DNA of 40,936 nucleotides from a virus, in IMG/VR virus record IMGVR_UViG_3300002042_000002, positions 1-40,936 of that record. The stretch is one strand, 5' to 3'. How positions within the stretch are numbered: the first letter of the stretch is position 1; each line of letters opens with the position of its first letter. A program made the translations under genes and the position numbers. Under the pieces are notes generated by a model. The model ran no database searches and was not told the DNA's origin. It saw only the letters and a program-made list of their open reading frames with translations. Below are positions 17,801 to 25,470 of the stretch, in pieces.

Positions 17801-18507
17801 GTAGAAGCGCATTAAACGCTAATCCGGATTATCAGAATTGGCCTGAAGGCGACACGTATCCTTTCGGTTGGTCACTCTGGTCTTTTAATCATCAGTTCAC
17901 GTCTTACACCACTTCAGACGGACGTAAGGTTCCGTGGATGCACACTCCATCGGCTAACATTAACGATAATGGCGGTATAATTGTAAATCAGGCAAACTCT
18001 AAAGATTTTGTCCCCGGTTGGTATGTTGTTGAAGTCGATGTCACTTTATTGGCTGGAGGACTTCGAGGCGCTGGGGTCTACGTTTATTCCAGAAACGTAG
18101 CGCAAGGCGGCGCAGGGTCTATACATCAAGTAAACTTTGCTAGTGATGTTACAAATGAGGAGATAGTAGCAGTTCCTAGTATAGGAAAATCATATAGATA
18201 CTCTAAACTTGTTGATATGAGAGGCGACGGTACAGACGATGCTTACACCTTTCACGTAATGAACAACTGGGCCGGGCATGGAGCTATAAGAGATCCAAAA
18301 ATAATAGCTTGGAACCATGCTTATTTACGCCCTGCCACATCGGAGGAAATCAGGAGCGGGACTGTTATCCCATCACTGGAGGCCTCGACGCTCATTACTC
18401 AGAGTGCAGTTGCCTCTATAGAGGGCGATTTGTCAGGAGCTATAGCTCTAGGGGTTAAAGCTGGGACAGCCGCTCGTCGCTCTCGACGGCTCGGATATCT
18501 CAGGTAG
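14878..18507 (+). CDS. Host-specificity / central tail fibre protein (lambda gpJ, RcGTA g15 analogue), N-terminal 1209 aa up to a frame break
   Basis: This is the largest ORF and the last gene of the tip cassette. It has a hydrophobic Ala-rich N-terminus and Ala-rich coiled-coil segments. The last ~10 codons (RRSRRLGYLR) look out of frame. Confidence 0.8.
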   Translation: MAKALKVVGKIAKVAATVLAFIPGGQPFAAAASAIAAVATIGSQLLDRPEPAGGSPSKTLIDTAAASPYIMGRFRSGGVLVHDAAHGADYKKIPNPNRSLVYVYSDCGPVQEVEGLWSDGSFIVSQGLSSSSAYYGDSMGFSRQLGQVRETTALSGLNGSIPRWGFSYKLSGKAAGLVSLRWDKKQKKFQGGLPDLTSTIKGVKVYSARDDSTYPGGSGPCRLGDETTYIYSTNPSDHAVTYLYGRNVEGEKIFGVGLPRTGIDLPAFVEWANVCDANGWEVNGRIFEPADKWNNFKLILEAGSARPAHNAGKISISYDAPKVSVATFTIADLAEGDIELPATQGIRSRINTVVPRYMSPAHNWEYVPGSAVTSAAYLAADTETVRAEYQYSLVTDATQAAQLAGYDLVNARELTDLSMTFKPVIRSVGIGEAITLDMDEIGLQGQFELVSKKLNPLNMTVDVILRTLSSGRDPFALGATTTPPEVPTLQFGEDYDRIVTASTGLDAAIQAQIAQSWTRNLVLTASNNGSITISGHSRVYADETLVVTGTVLAGLSLNTRYSIYYDDADLEGGSVSYVATTDHASAQTSEEAPYRHYVGYAIVPADASAPANLGYASIPPNVVPEEVPLSQSALDAQALGGVNASDIIDDISDLFNTVGIFPDAQASAAAAEAAALLAEDDRLLAETARTSAQAAEAAAVSARDDAENFSASAATAEILTATYREAARLSAVKNRPTTMEEGGEYFTGNVISDPALAADATNSPALTAGSDADGFYIKNTSSSDQSVSLGQKGIIPYIVGATYRVTSTAKAVNAAGSFYLRGRMISSGFTNLSVIQDNKGIISTSLTEYSFEFTAPQSHYDAGARYFRVEALLNFVPHGSEHKIYSLDIQNISDLKAAENQALIAQNNAVITTIDAASTASDRTAVSNFRNEAEAFKDAAEASALITTSDRTIATEQAAIATAQAELSARINQNGRSALNANPDYQNWPEGDTYPFGWSLWSFNHQFTSYTTSDGRKVPWMHTPSANINDNGGIIVNQANSKDFVPGWYVVEVDVTLLAGGLRGAGVYVYSRNVAQGGAGSIHQVNFASDVTNEEIVAVPSIGKSYRYSKLVDMRGDGTDDAYTFHVMNNWAGHGAIRDPKIIAWNHAYLRPATSEEIRSGTVIPSLEASTLITQSAVASIEGDLSGAIALGVKAGTAARRSRRLGYLR

Positions 18508-19078
18508 CGTCGCTAGGATCTCTGCTGATTTAATTATCTTAGAGGGTACTATTCAAGCGATACACCTTCAAGACGGGAGCCTTTTTAACCTTGCTCAGGA
18601 CACCTCCACTACTGAAATAAACCTAGGTAACAACAGCACAAATTGGTTCGGCCCTTACCTCTCTAAGGTATTTACGTCTGTCGGTAAAAAAGTAAGAATA
18701 GACGTAGACCTTAACTTCGTGCTGGGAGGAGAGGATGACGAAGCAGTCCCCGGCGTTGGCTTCACTTCAGATCATCAAAAAAGACTGAGAGTTAGGATCC
18801 TACGAAACGGGACTGTTATTTCAGAGCGCGGCGTCGGGGCGCTCTTTATGACGGAATTTGAGCTTGACGACGTAGGCTTCCCCGGATTTGGACAAGATTA
18901 CATATTAACTGATACTGACATATCAAACTCTTTTGTGTATGTTGACGAGCCCGGATTAGGTTCGCATACATACACTGTAGAGGTAAAGAATAAAGCCGCC
19001 AAGGGTGGAGCCGATAATCGAAAAACCGTTAGCGTTTTGGTGGATAGGTCGATGTTTATAACAGAAATAGATAATTAG
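18452..19078 (+). CDS. C-terminal continuation of the host-specificity protein in the +1 frame (no start codon of its own until GTG 18719)
   Basis: Frame 2 is open from 18452. It reads LVALDGSDISGSVARISADLIILEGTIQAIHLQDGS..., which is fibre-like, well upstream of the track start at 18719. Confidence 0.65.
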   Translation, partial: GLKLGQPLVALDGSDISGSVARISADLIILEGTIQAIHLQDGSLFNLAQDTSTTEINLGNNSTNWFGPYLSKVFTSVGKKVRIDVDLNFVLGGEDDEAVPGVGFTSDHQKRLRVRILRNGTVISERGVGALFMTEFELDDVGFPGFGQDYILTDTDISNSFVYVDEPGLGSHTYTVEVKNKAAKGGADNRKTVSVLVDRSMFITEIDN

Positions 19079-19079
19079 C

Positions 19080-19089
19080 GGGATATCCC
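19080..19089. promoter_or_regulatory. Perfect 10-bp palindrome GGGATATCCC
   Basis: Read directly. It lies 2 nt after the fibre stop and 5 nt upstream of a TTGACG hexamer. It shares its half-site with repeats in the 33887..33937 control region. Confidence 0.3.
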
Positions 19090-19094
19090 AGCTA

Positions 19095-19123
19095 TTGACG
19101 CCGCATTTATTTTAAGGCATAGA
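19095..19123 (+). promoter_or_regulatory. Candidate promoter for the lipoprotein gene (TTGACG - 17 nt - CATAGA)
   Basis: The hexamers and spacing were read directly. The -10 element is weak. Confidence 0.25.
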
Positions 19124-19152
19124 TTGGGCCTCTTAGGAAAAAGGAAAAGACT

Positions 19153-19284
19153 ATGAAAATTATTTTAATACTTGCTACTCTCAGCTTCGGCTCTTGCTAT
19201 ACGCCGTCGTCTCCCGCAGAAGAACCCGTCCCCGCTACCTGCTATCGCAACAGTAGCGGACAAATTGTATGCCCAGAAATGTAA
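19153..19284 (+). CDS. Small lipoprotein (43 aa)
   Basis: Translation is MKIILILATLSFGSCYTPSSPAEEPVPATCYRNSSGQIVCPEM, a signal peptide plus a lipobox-like FGSC. An AAGGAAAAG RBS precedes it. It is not in the ORF track. Confidence 0.6.
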   Translation: MKIILILATLSFGSCYTPSSPAEEPVPATCYRNSSGQIVCPEM

Positions 19285-19298
19285 TTGAGGATTTTTTC

Positions 19299-19670
19299 AT
19301 GGACGAAAAACAACGTAAACTTATCGAGGCCGCCGAGATCTCCGTACAGGAAGAGTTCGAGAAAGCTCCTGAGCTTTTAACTAAGCTCTCCGAATTACAA
19401 CAGGCGTATGGACTTAAAGATCAGTCTCTCGCAAGAAAGGCCACTCTCACAGGAAACGTAATTTCTATTATAGATCTCTTTGCAAAGTCGGCGTTTAAGA
19501 CTGCCGATCAACGGGCGGCGGAGGCCGCTCAGTCTGCGCTTATTTTGAGAGATAAGGAGGACGAGAAAGTCAGGCGCTACCTTGAAGATAGGGAGTACGA
19601 AAGGGCCACGCCGGATCAAACTAAAGAGGCCGAGCGCATTATAGCTAAGCGGAAGAAAGAGAAGCCTTAA
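19299..19670 (+). CDS. Hypothetical coiled-coil protein (123 aa)
   Basis: ATG at 19299 is internal to track ORF 19269..19670 and avoids overlap with the lipoprotein gene. The protein looks helical and charged. A terminator follows. Confidence 0.6.
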   Translation: MDEKQRKLIEAAEISVQEEFEKAPELLTKLSELQQAYGLKDQSLARKATLTGNVISIIDLFAKSAFKTADQRAAEAAQSALILRDKEDEKVRRYLEDREYERATPDQTKEAERIIAKRKKEKP

Positions 19671-19692
19671 CCCTTCTAACTTTCACAGATAA

Positions 19693-19721
19693 AAGGCTCG
19701 GCTATATGCCGGGCTTTTTTT
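19693..19721 (+). terminator. Rho-independent terminator
   Basis: GGCTCGGC-TATAT-GCCGGGC hairpin (one G-U pair) followed by TTTTTTTAT. Confidence 0.7.
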
Positions 19722-19787
19722 ATGGATTTGCTATTTCTCTCTGTCGTGTTATTTCGAGTTTGTTCCTGTAGTGTTTAGAGGCCTATT

Positions 19788-20120
19788 ATGTCTTCATGTG
19801 AAAACGATCCTATCGAAATAACTAAAGGCTCAGACATGCGTCTGCGTTTTGAATGGCTGGACGAGGCAGACAACCCTATCGACGGCACTGGGGCAGTAGC
19901 GACGGCCTTCCTTAAGACTTCAAATGTAGAGATAGATCTCGTCGTGTCATGGCATGACAGAACTCTAGGTCTTTTCGATGTTAAGATCGGCCGTAATGCG
20001 TCCGCGCAAATGACAGACGGTGCGACTAACAAAATTATCGTGAATACAGAAACGCCCTCTCCGGATCCCGAGCTGACAATATGGCCGCCTTTAATTATGA
20101 AAGCGAATAAAGGTGACTAA
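19788..20120 (+). CDS. Hypothetical virion protein, possibly Ig-like (110 aa)
   Basis: It is the first gene after the terminator. The pattern ITKGSDMRLRFEWLDEADNPIDGTGAVATAFL resembles Ig-like fibre/baseplate N-domains. This is a weak call. Confidence 0.5.
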   Translation: MSSCENDPIEITKGSDMRLRFEWLDEADNPIDGTGAVATAFLKTSNVEIDLVVSWHDRTLGLFDVKIGRNASAQMTDGATNKIIVNTETPSPDPELTIWPPLIMKANKGD

Positions 20121-20520
20121 TACTCTTACAGCTACGACGGTTAATCACAGCCTGAGAGTTACTCCTCTCGAGAAGAAGCTCGTCCTACGCGCTCCTGTAA
20201 CGCATACGCTCAGAGTTTCTAACGACGGAGGAAGCCTGAAGGTTAAATCTCCTGTCCTTCATAAGCTTGTGATAAAGCAGGTAGGCCTCCGAGGATTGCC
20301 GGGTACGGGGCAAGGCTCCTCATATCCTAATCCGGACATTCTCGACGAGAGCGACGCTACCTACTTTTATTTTGGCTGGGAAAGCATTAACGACGGCTGG
20401 CTTGTGGAGAGGCAGGTTAGATCCACGTCACAAAGGCGGCGGGCTACAATATCTGCAAATCCAGACAATCTAACTTTCTCTTCGGCGTGGTTAGATAGAG
20501 CTTCACTCTCTTACGATTAA
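20113..20520 (+). CDS. Hypothetical fibre-associated protein (135 aa)
   Basis: GTG start overlapping the upstream gene. It has repeated xLRVxx...KLV strands followed by GLRGLPGTGQG. Confidence 0.5.
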   Translation: MTNTLTATTVNHSLRVTPLEKKLVLRAPVTHTLRVSNDGGSLKVKSPVLHKLVIKQVGLRGLPGTGQGSSYPNPDILDESDATYFYFGWESINDGWLVERQVRSTSQRRRATISANPDNLTFSSAWLDRASLSYD

Positions 20521-20529
20521 AGGAACGAC

Positions 20530-22764
20530 ATGGCATTCTTGCGAGATAAAAAGACTTCGCTAGTCATTACCAATGTAAATAATATAACTGTAGATCTGCC
20601 GGATAATTATGAGGCGGGAGATCTGTTAATGCTCCTAGTTTCTAAGGACACGACAACAGGAGGTGTGTTTTCCACTCCTTCCGGATGGACAAAGTTAGCT
20701 GAGGAGTTACAGGGTACGGCTGTAAGAGGCGCTGTTTACTATAAAGAAAACGTAAGCGCTTCTGAGACGGCTCCTAATATATCTTCTACAGATAACGATA
20801 CGTGGTCTGCTATTGCTATGGCATGGGGAGGCGTTTCTGCGTCTAATGTTATTGGCGCTTTTAATGCGGAAAACTGGACTTTCGGCTCGTCCCATGAGAG
20901 GGACGCCGCTGGAATTACCACTCAGGAAAATAACTCAGTTGTAGCATGGCTATTCGCTACAGACGGTGCGGCTCAGGCTATCGGCGGCCGGAACTCTAGA
21001 CTAATAAACTATGACGACGGCGTCGGCTGTTCCGCTGTAGGATGGTATTCTACATTCCCTTCTGCTGGAGCAACAGGCACTTATAAGGCGTACTCTGGAG
21101 GGACTGAAAACGTCGCCGCATTTTGTATTGAGATAAAAGACGGGTCTAGCGGGAACGATGTTCAAGCTTATGTTGAAGGCGGTATAGACGCAGAGAACGT
21201 CGTTAATTTATTTCAAGGCATAGAGACTAATAGCTATGCTCCCGGCGGAACGGGTGCGACAGGGGTAAACTCCGGCATTAATCAGACGCCCTTAATTACA
21301 TCGTTAGCGGGCAAGGCTGTTCAAGTCACAAATACAGTGCAAGATCAGGCAGACGCTAACGCTATGCCATATGCTCGCGCGGCAAGAATAGAGACTGACA
21401 GGAGCGCTACTATCGCTCGTGGTTTAACTTTCGACGTGGATCCTTCAGGCGCTAACGGCACAATAGACCTGAGCGGAGATAGGTATTTTCATGTTATTAT
21501 GCACAGTAGGGATCTAAAAGTTCATTCTCTAGGAGGGCAGGTAGAAGAGTTCGGGAGGTGCGTAGCTCTCCATGACGCGGCTGGAAACTGGAAGGCGTGG
21601 GGTGTGGACGGAAGAGACGCGTCCAGAAAGCTTGCCTCTCCGATAGCTGGGCCTGTCGTCATAGATTTAGATAGTGACGAAAATCTTCTAGGTTCTAGCG
21701 GTACGCTTAATAGAGCCACTATTCAGCATATGAGCTTTTTATCTTGGGCGCAGTTAGCTAATAATTACTACGCCTATGTCTGTAATGCCTATAGAGCGTT
21801 GCCGTTTTCTGTTCTCGGAGGGAGCGTTAATTTCCCGGCTAGCATAGGAACTCTGGTAGAGCACTTAGAGGCTAAAGGGGAGCTTACTTTTAGTAACATA
21901 GGGGAGGGAACTTTCGTTCTAAGAGCTCCTGTTATTTTTGGTAATGACGGCGGAGACGATTATGTCGGCTCTATCGAAGGTCAGAGTTTAATCATTGCGT
22001 CTTCTGAGCCTGCCCAGCATATCACGGAAGATTTTTTAGGAATAACTGTTAAGCCGGGCGGATCTCTTAACGCTTCTGGATCCTCGGTTTCTTCTGGTAC
22101 TGCGTGGAAGCTAGATATTCAGTCTGGAGCGAGCCCTAATTTTTCTTCGGCAGTTATCAGTAATACAAAAACTTGTAATATTAGAGGAGACTTTCAAGGC
22201 TCTATTATGTCTCCAAAGTCCGGAGAGGTTGTTAACGACTATGGAGCTAATATAGACGCTATGAGAGTAAATGGGGATTTAGTAATACACTCTGTCAAAA
22301 ACCTCTCTTCCTTAACTGTAACTGGCACTCTCGAAATAACGACGGCGGGGACTTATAATCTTGACGCCTGCGAAATTAACGAGATTACTAATAGCTCCGG
22401 TGGAAATGTTGTTTTAAATCTTAGTAATGGATCAACGGTATCTGTAAACTCCGGCCCTAACATTCAAATTAATAATAGCAAAACTATATCTTTTAACATA
22501 AGTTTTGCGGGCGTCGATCCGGTGGACTATGAATGGAGACTGTACGAAGAGGACGTAACTCCCGGAATTGTAGGCACTGTGGATCTCGCTGGCGCAGAAA
22601 ATGAAACATCATTATCAGTTGAATATGTCTACGAGTATGTGTCGGATCAAAAGGTAACGCTTCAAATTATTGCCGACGGTTTCATAGAGAAAGAGGAAGA
22701 ATACACTCTATTAAATCAAAATCAGTCTTTTAATGTGGGTGTCTCTAGGGACTTTAATTTATAA
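20530..22764 (+). CDS. Tailspike/fibre-like protein with a beta-helix-like repeat region (744 aa)
   Basis: The C-terminal half has periodic short motifs (VNGDLVIHSVKNLSSLTVTGTLEITTAGTYNLDACEINEITNSSGGNVVLNLSNGSTVSVNSGPNIQINN) typical of parallel beta-helices. GATC density is low here. Confidence 0.55.
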   Translation: MAFLRDKKTSLVITNVNNITVDLPDNYEAGDLLMLLVSKDTTTGGVFSTPSGWTKLAEELQGTAVRGAVYYKENVSASETAPNISSTDNDTWSAIAMAWGGVSASNVIGAFNAENWTFGSSHERDAAGITTQENNSVVAWLFATDGAAQAIGGRNSRLINYDDGVGCSAVGWYSTFPSAGATGTYKAYSGGTENVAAFCIEIKDGSSGNDVQAYVEGGIDAENVVNLFQGIETNSYAPGGTGATGVNSGINQTPLITSLAGKAVQVTNTVQDQADANAMPYARAARIETDRSATIARGLTFDVDPSGANGTIDLSGDRYFHVIMHSRDLKVHSLGGQVEEFGRCVALHDAAGNWKAWGVDGRDASRKLASPIAGPVVIDLDSDENLLGSSGTLNRATIQHMSFLSWAQLANNYYAYVCNAYRALPFSVLGGSVNFPASIGTLVEHLEAKGELTFSNIGEGTFVLRAPVIFGNDGGDDYVGSIEGQSLIIASSEPAQHITEDFLGITVKPGGSLNASGSSVSSGTAWKLDIQSGASPNFSSAVISNTKTCNIRGDFQGSIMSPKSGEVVNDYGANIDAMRVNGDLVIHSVKNLSSLTVTGTLEITTAGTYNLDACEINEITNSSGGNVVLNLSNGSTVSVNSGPNIQINNSKTISFNISFAGVDPVDYEWRLYEEDVTPGIVGTVDLAGAENETSLSVEYVYEYVSDQKVTLQIIADGFIEKEEEYTLLNQNQSFNVGVSRDFNL

Positions 22765-22832
22765 AACCGCTGTTGACTTTTTTGTGTTTTTCCCTTCAAA
22801 AGCTTTAACGGCATTTTTTTAAGGTAAAGACA

Positions 22833-24323
22833 ATGGCAGAGATTACGCTCCTCTCACAACTTCAGCAGTCAACACAGTCCCGTGACGGCGGCACTCCAGA
22901 CGGCAATATCTACTTTAATCCTAATGGCACTCTAGAGCTTATTACGGTAGAGGAGCTTGCTACAGTTGGCGGACAGCCTAACCCTCTTACAAATGCCGAC
23001 GGCATTTCTATGAACATGCTCTATCGTTTCGAGCGTCAAGAGCGTCGGACAGACGAAAATCTGCGAGAGCTCGACGTGTTTATCGAAGGCTCGTTTAAAT
23101 TCGCTGGCGCTTATAACTTTGTGAATGGCCGTAAGCTTTCAACAGCGGGCGTTCTCGCTCCTTTAACAGACGATAGACAGAAGATCCGAGGCTCTGGATT
23201 TATTGAGTACGCGGCCGGAGGCGGGGGTAACACGCTTGTAGATCGTATCTACTTCGGCGATCTCGGAACAGGTACAATTCTTGCAACGTCTCAGATCTAT
23301 TCACAAAGCACTCCAGACGGAGCGACGAGCGATCTCGCTTTCCTCGGAAACGCTAACGAAGTTGTGCAAGTTTTCGGATCAACAGCTAACGGCGACGCGG
23401 CGGCCGGGAACTTCGACAACACAACTTATCAAGCTCTCTCTATCCGGTCTTTCGGACAGGTGCATGATCGTAAGTTCGCCTCAGAAGCCAACGTAAGCGA
23501 GCTCTCCGGCTTTCTAGGAACCTTCGCCCTATCGGAAAGTCCTAACGCCTATCACGCTGAAGCTGGGGATCCAGCTATCGCCGACGTCTTCGGCGGTGGA
23601 GCCGTAGCGCCTTACGCGACTATGTTATTTGAAACAGTAGACGCGGCCGAAAACCTTCCCGGCTTAATCAATACTGATACAGATACGGGGCAAGCTGGAG
23701 CCTTCTCCGCTGTTGTTCGAAATCCCGGCGGCGGCTCTCTTGCTCAGCTCGTCGCCTTAATGGACGCGCTTTCCATTCAGGACGCAGATATTGACAGTCA
23801 TGCGACTAACACTCGCAACGGTAAAGAGACAGAAACTCTCTACACGCTAGACGCTCAGGGTAACGTCGTTATGCGCCCCGGTATTTACCTAGAGAATATC
23901 CCCGTCGCCGACAGAGCGAAGATCCGTTACACAGACGACAGCGGCGATCCTCTCGTCTATGAAACAGTTTCCGGCGGGACTATCGACGTCGGTACAGCGG
24001 CCGCAGGCGACGCTAACGCATGGTATCACATGTTTATTCAAGACGGCGACGCTACCAATGACTTTAACACATTGGACGCGATCACAGTTAACGACGCTCA
24101 GGGAAATCCTATTAAAGGACTTGTCGGAGGTCTTACGCAAATCCCATGGGACTTCGCTTACTCTACTAACACGCAAGGCGGCCGGAGCCCTAATACGGAT
24201 CTCGTCGTCGTCGTCGAGGTCGAAGGGAACGGCGGCGCGACGTTTAAGAAGACGATCCACAATATCACGTCTTCAGCGTCTCAAACTATCAACTGCCAGC
24301 CAAGCGCGGAGACTAATATCTAA
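22833..24323 (+). CDS. Hypothetical virion/fibre-module protein (496 aa)
   Basis: A long ORF with an AAGG RBS in the same late transcription unit. I recognise no family. Confidence 0.6.
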   Translation: MAEITLLSQLQQSTQSRDGGTPDGNIYFNPNGTLELITVEELATVGGQPNPLTNADGISMNMLYRFERQERRTDENLRELDVFIEGSFKFAGAYNFVNGRKLSTAGVLAPLTDDRQKIRGSGFIEYAAGGGGNTLVDRIYFGDLGTGTILATSQIYSQSTPDGATSDLAFLGNANEVVQVFGSTANGDAAAGNFDNTTYQALSIRSFGQVHDRKFASEANVSELSGFLGTFALSESPNAYHAEAGDPAIADVFGGGAVAPYATMLFETVDAAENLPGLINTDTDTGQAGAFSAVVRNPGGGSLAQLVALMDALSIQDADIDSHATNTRNGKETETLYTLDAQGNVVMRPGIYLENIPVADRAKIRYTDDSGDPLVYETVSGGTIDVGTAAAGDANAWYHMFIQDGDATNDFNTLDAITVNDAQGNPIKGLVGGLTQIPWDFAYSTNTQGGRSPNTDLVVVVEVEGNGGATFKKTIHNITSSASQTINCQPSAETNI

Positions 24324-24529
24324 TGTCGAAATCTAGTAAAAAATCCGAGACGCTATCTGCGTTTCAAAAAACTCTCCTCGAGAACCTTATCCGAGACGAC
24401 GAAGTCCTTCGCCATGGACACAGCGAGCCCGTACAAGATCTGATTAAGCGCGGATATGTAGAGCGCGTTAATGTCAAGGGAGCTATTGTTTTCAAGGCTA
24501 CTAAGGAAGCGAAAAAAGCTTTAAAGTAG
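24323..24529 (+). CDS. Small winged-helix-like protein (68 aa)
   Basis: TAATG overlap with the upstream gene. LSAFQKTLLENLI...DLIKRGYVERVNVKGAIVFKATKEAKKAL resembles a wHTH recognition helix plus wing. Confidence 0.45.
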   Translation: MSKSSKKSETLSAFQKTLLENLIRDDEVLRHGHSEPVQDLIKRGYVERVNVKGAIVFKATKEAKKALK

Positions 24530-24536
24530 GTGTTAA

Positions 24537-25043
24537 ATGTCGGTGCTCAATCCAGTAATTGACCGTATCGACGGCCCTTCCAGACGTATATTTTTGAGGC
24601 AAGGTGTTGTCGAGTGGAACCCGGTAGACGACATTTATAAAGAGGTTAGGGATCTTCGCCTTAATGATCCTTCTCTTCGCCGCTTCGATATGTTCTGCGA
24701 GGCAATTCCTTTAATCGAGAAGTCTCCCGGCGTATTTACCGGAAGAGGCCTAGTTTTGCTTCTAGGGACTAGGATCGTCCCCTTCGACGAGACAGCTACT
24801 CAGACGATAACAGGGGAGCTTCTCAGCGACGCCGGGCAGTCTGGGCCGGAGCTTATAGATCTAACCTCTCTGTCTGTTTCTTCTAAGGTTAAGATAAACT
24901 ACGCGCCTCCCCCTGCGACTGAGATCGTATCTGGAGGATCGGGCGGCGGAGGCCTGTTGCCAGACGAAAGAGAGGCTCTGTTCCTAGCGAGGGATCATGC
25001 CCGCGCCGCTAACATGCAGACGAAATCTGATATCTCTACTTAA
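24537..25043 (+). CDS. Hypothetical virion protein with a Gly linker and C-terminal helix (168 aa)
   Basis: It is the last gene of the fibre operon. The sequence includes SGGSGGGGLLPDEREALFLARDHARAANMQ. Confidence 0.55.
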   Translation: MSVLNPVIDRIDGPSRRIFLRQGVVEWNPVDDIYKEVRDLRLNDPSLRRFDMFCEAIPLIEKSPGVFTGRGLVLLLGTRIVPFDETATQTITGELLSDAGQSGPELIDLTSLSVSSKVKINYAPPPATEIVSGGSGGGGLLPDEREALFLARDHARAANMQTKSDIST

Positions 25044-25120
25044 AAACGCATTTGTGAACTTGCGTTACTTCCGTCTTTTGATTATCGAGATTAAAAGCAA
25101 TCTCTCATAAGGGCTGTAAA

Positions 25121-25468
25121 ATGACCGAAGAAGAAACAGCCAAAGGATTACTAGCTATCTGGAAAGAGATCCGCGTTAATCTGGGCGTCTTAGGCGTGGC
25201 GGGCTTGGCCGGAGTGTTTATTAAAGGCCTCCTCGCTCCAGAGCAGGAGTGGAAGAAGCGGGCTATTCAGGCTCTCTCAGGTCTTTTCTCAGCTATCTTC
25301 TTAGGCGGCTTCATAGGATCTCTAGTCGAGCCCTTGGTAACAGTCGCGGCTTACGCTTATTTGGCGTCTGGGTTTATATGTGGTACGGCTGGGGAGCTAG
25401 CTATCGCCTTTGCTCAGAAAAAGATCTTAGGTAAAGAGGCCGGGGCGCAACAAAAACGGAGTGAGTAA
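25121..25468 (+). CDS. Holin-like membrane protein (three predicted TM segments)
   Basis: 115 aa. Hydrophobic stretches are VNLGVLGVAGLAGVFIKGLL, LSGLFSAIFLGGFIGSLV and AAYAYLASGFICGTAGELAIAF, with a charged C-terminus. It is the first gene of the lysis cassette. Confidence 0.65.
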   Translation: MTEEETAKGLLAIWKEIRVNLGVLGVAGLAGVFIKGLLAPEQEWKKRAIQALSGLFSAIFLGGFIGSLVEPLVTVAAYAYLASGFICGTAGELAIAFAQKKILGKEAGAQQKRSE

Positions 25469-25470
25469 TA

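Noticed and set aside
22765-22832. TTGACT hexamer as a promoter between the 744-aa and 496-aa genes
   Set aside because: No acceptable -10 element lies at 16-18 nt spacing (TCAAAA). The gap more likely just holds the RBS of the next gene.
25045-25080. AACGCA...TGCGTT hairpin after the fibre operon as a terminator
   Set aside because: It has only a 6-bp stem with a 10-nt loop, and the T-run is short and displaced. That is too weak to call.
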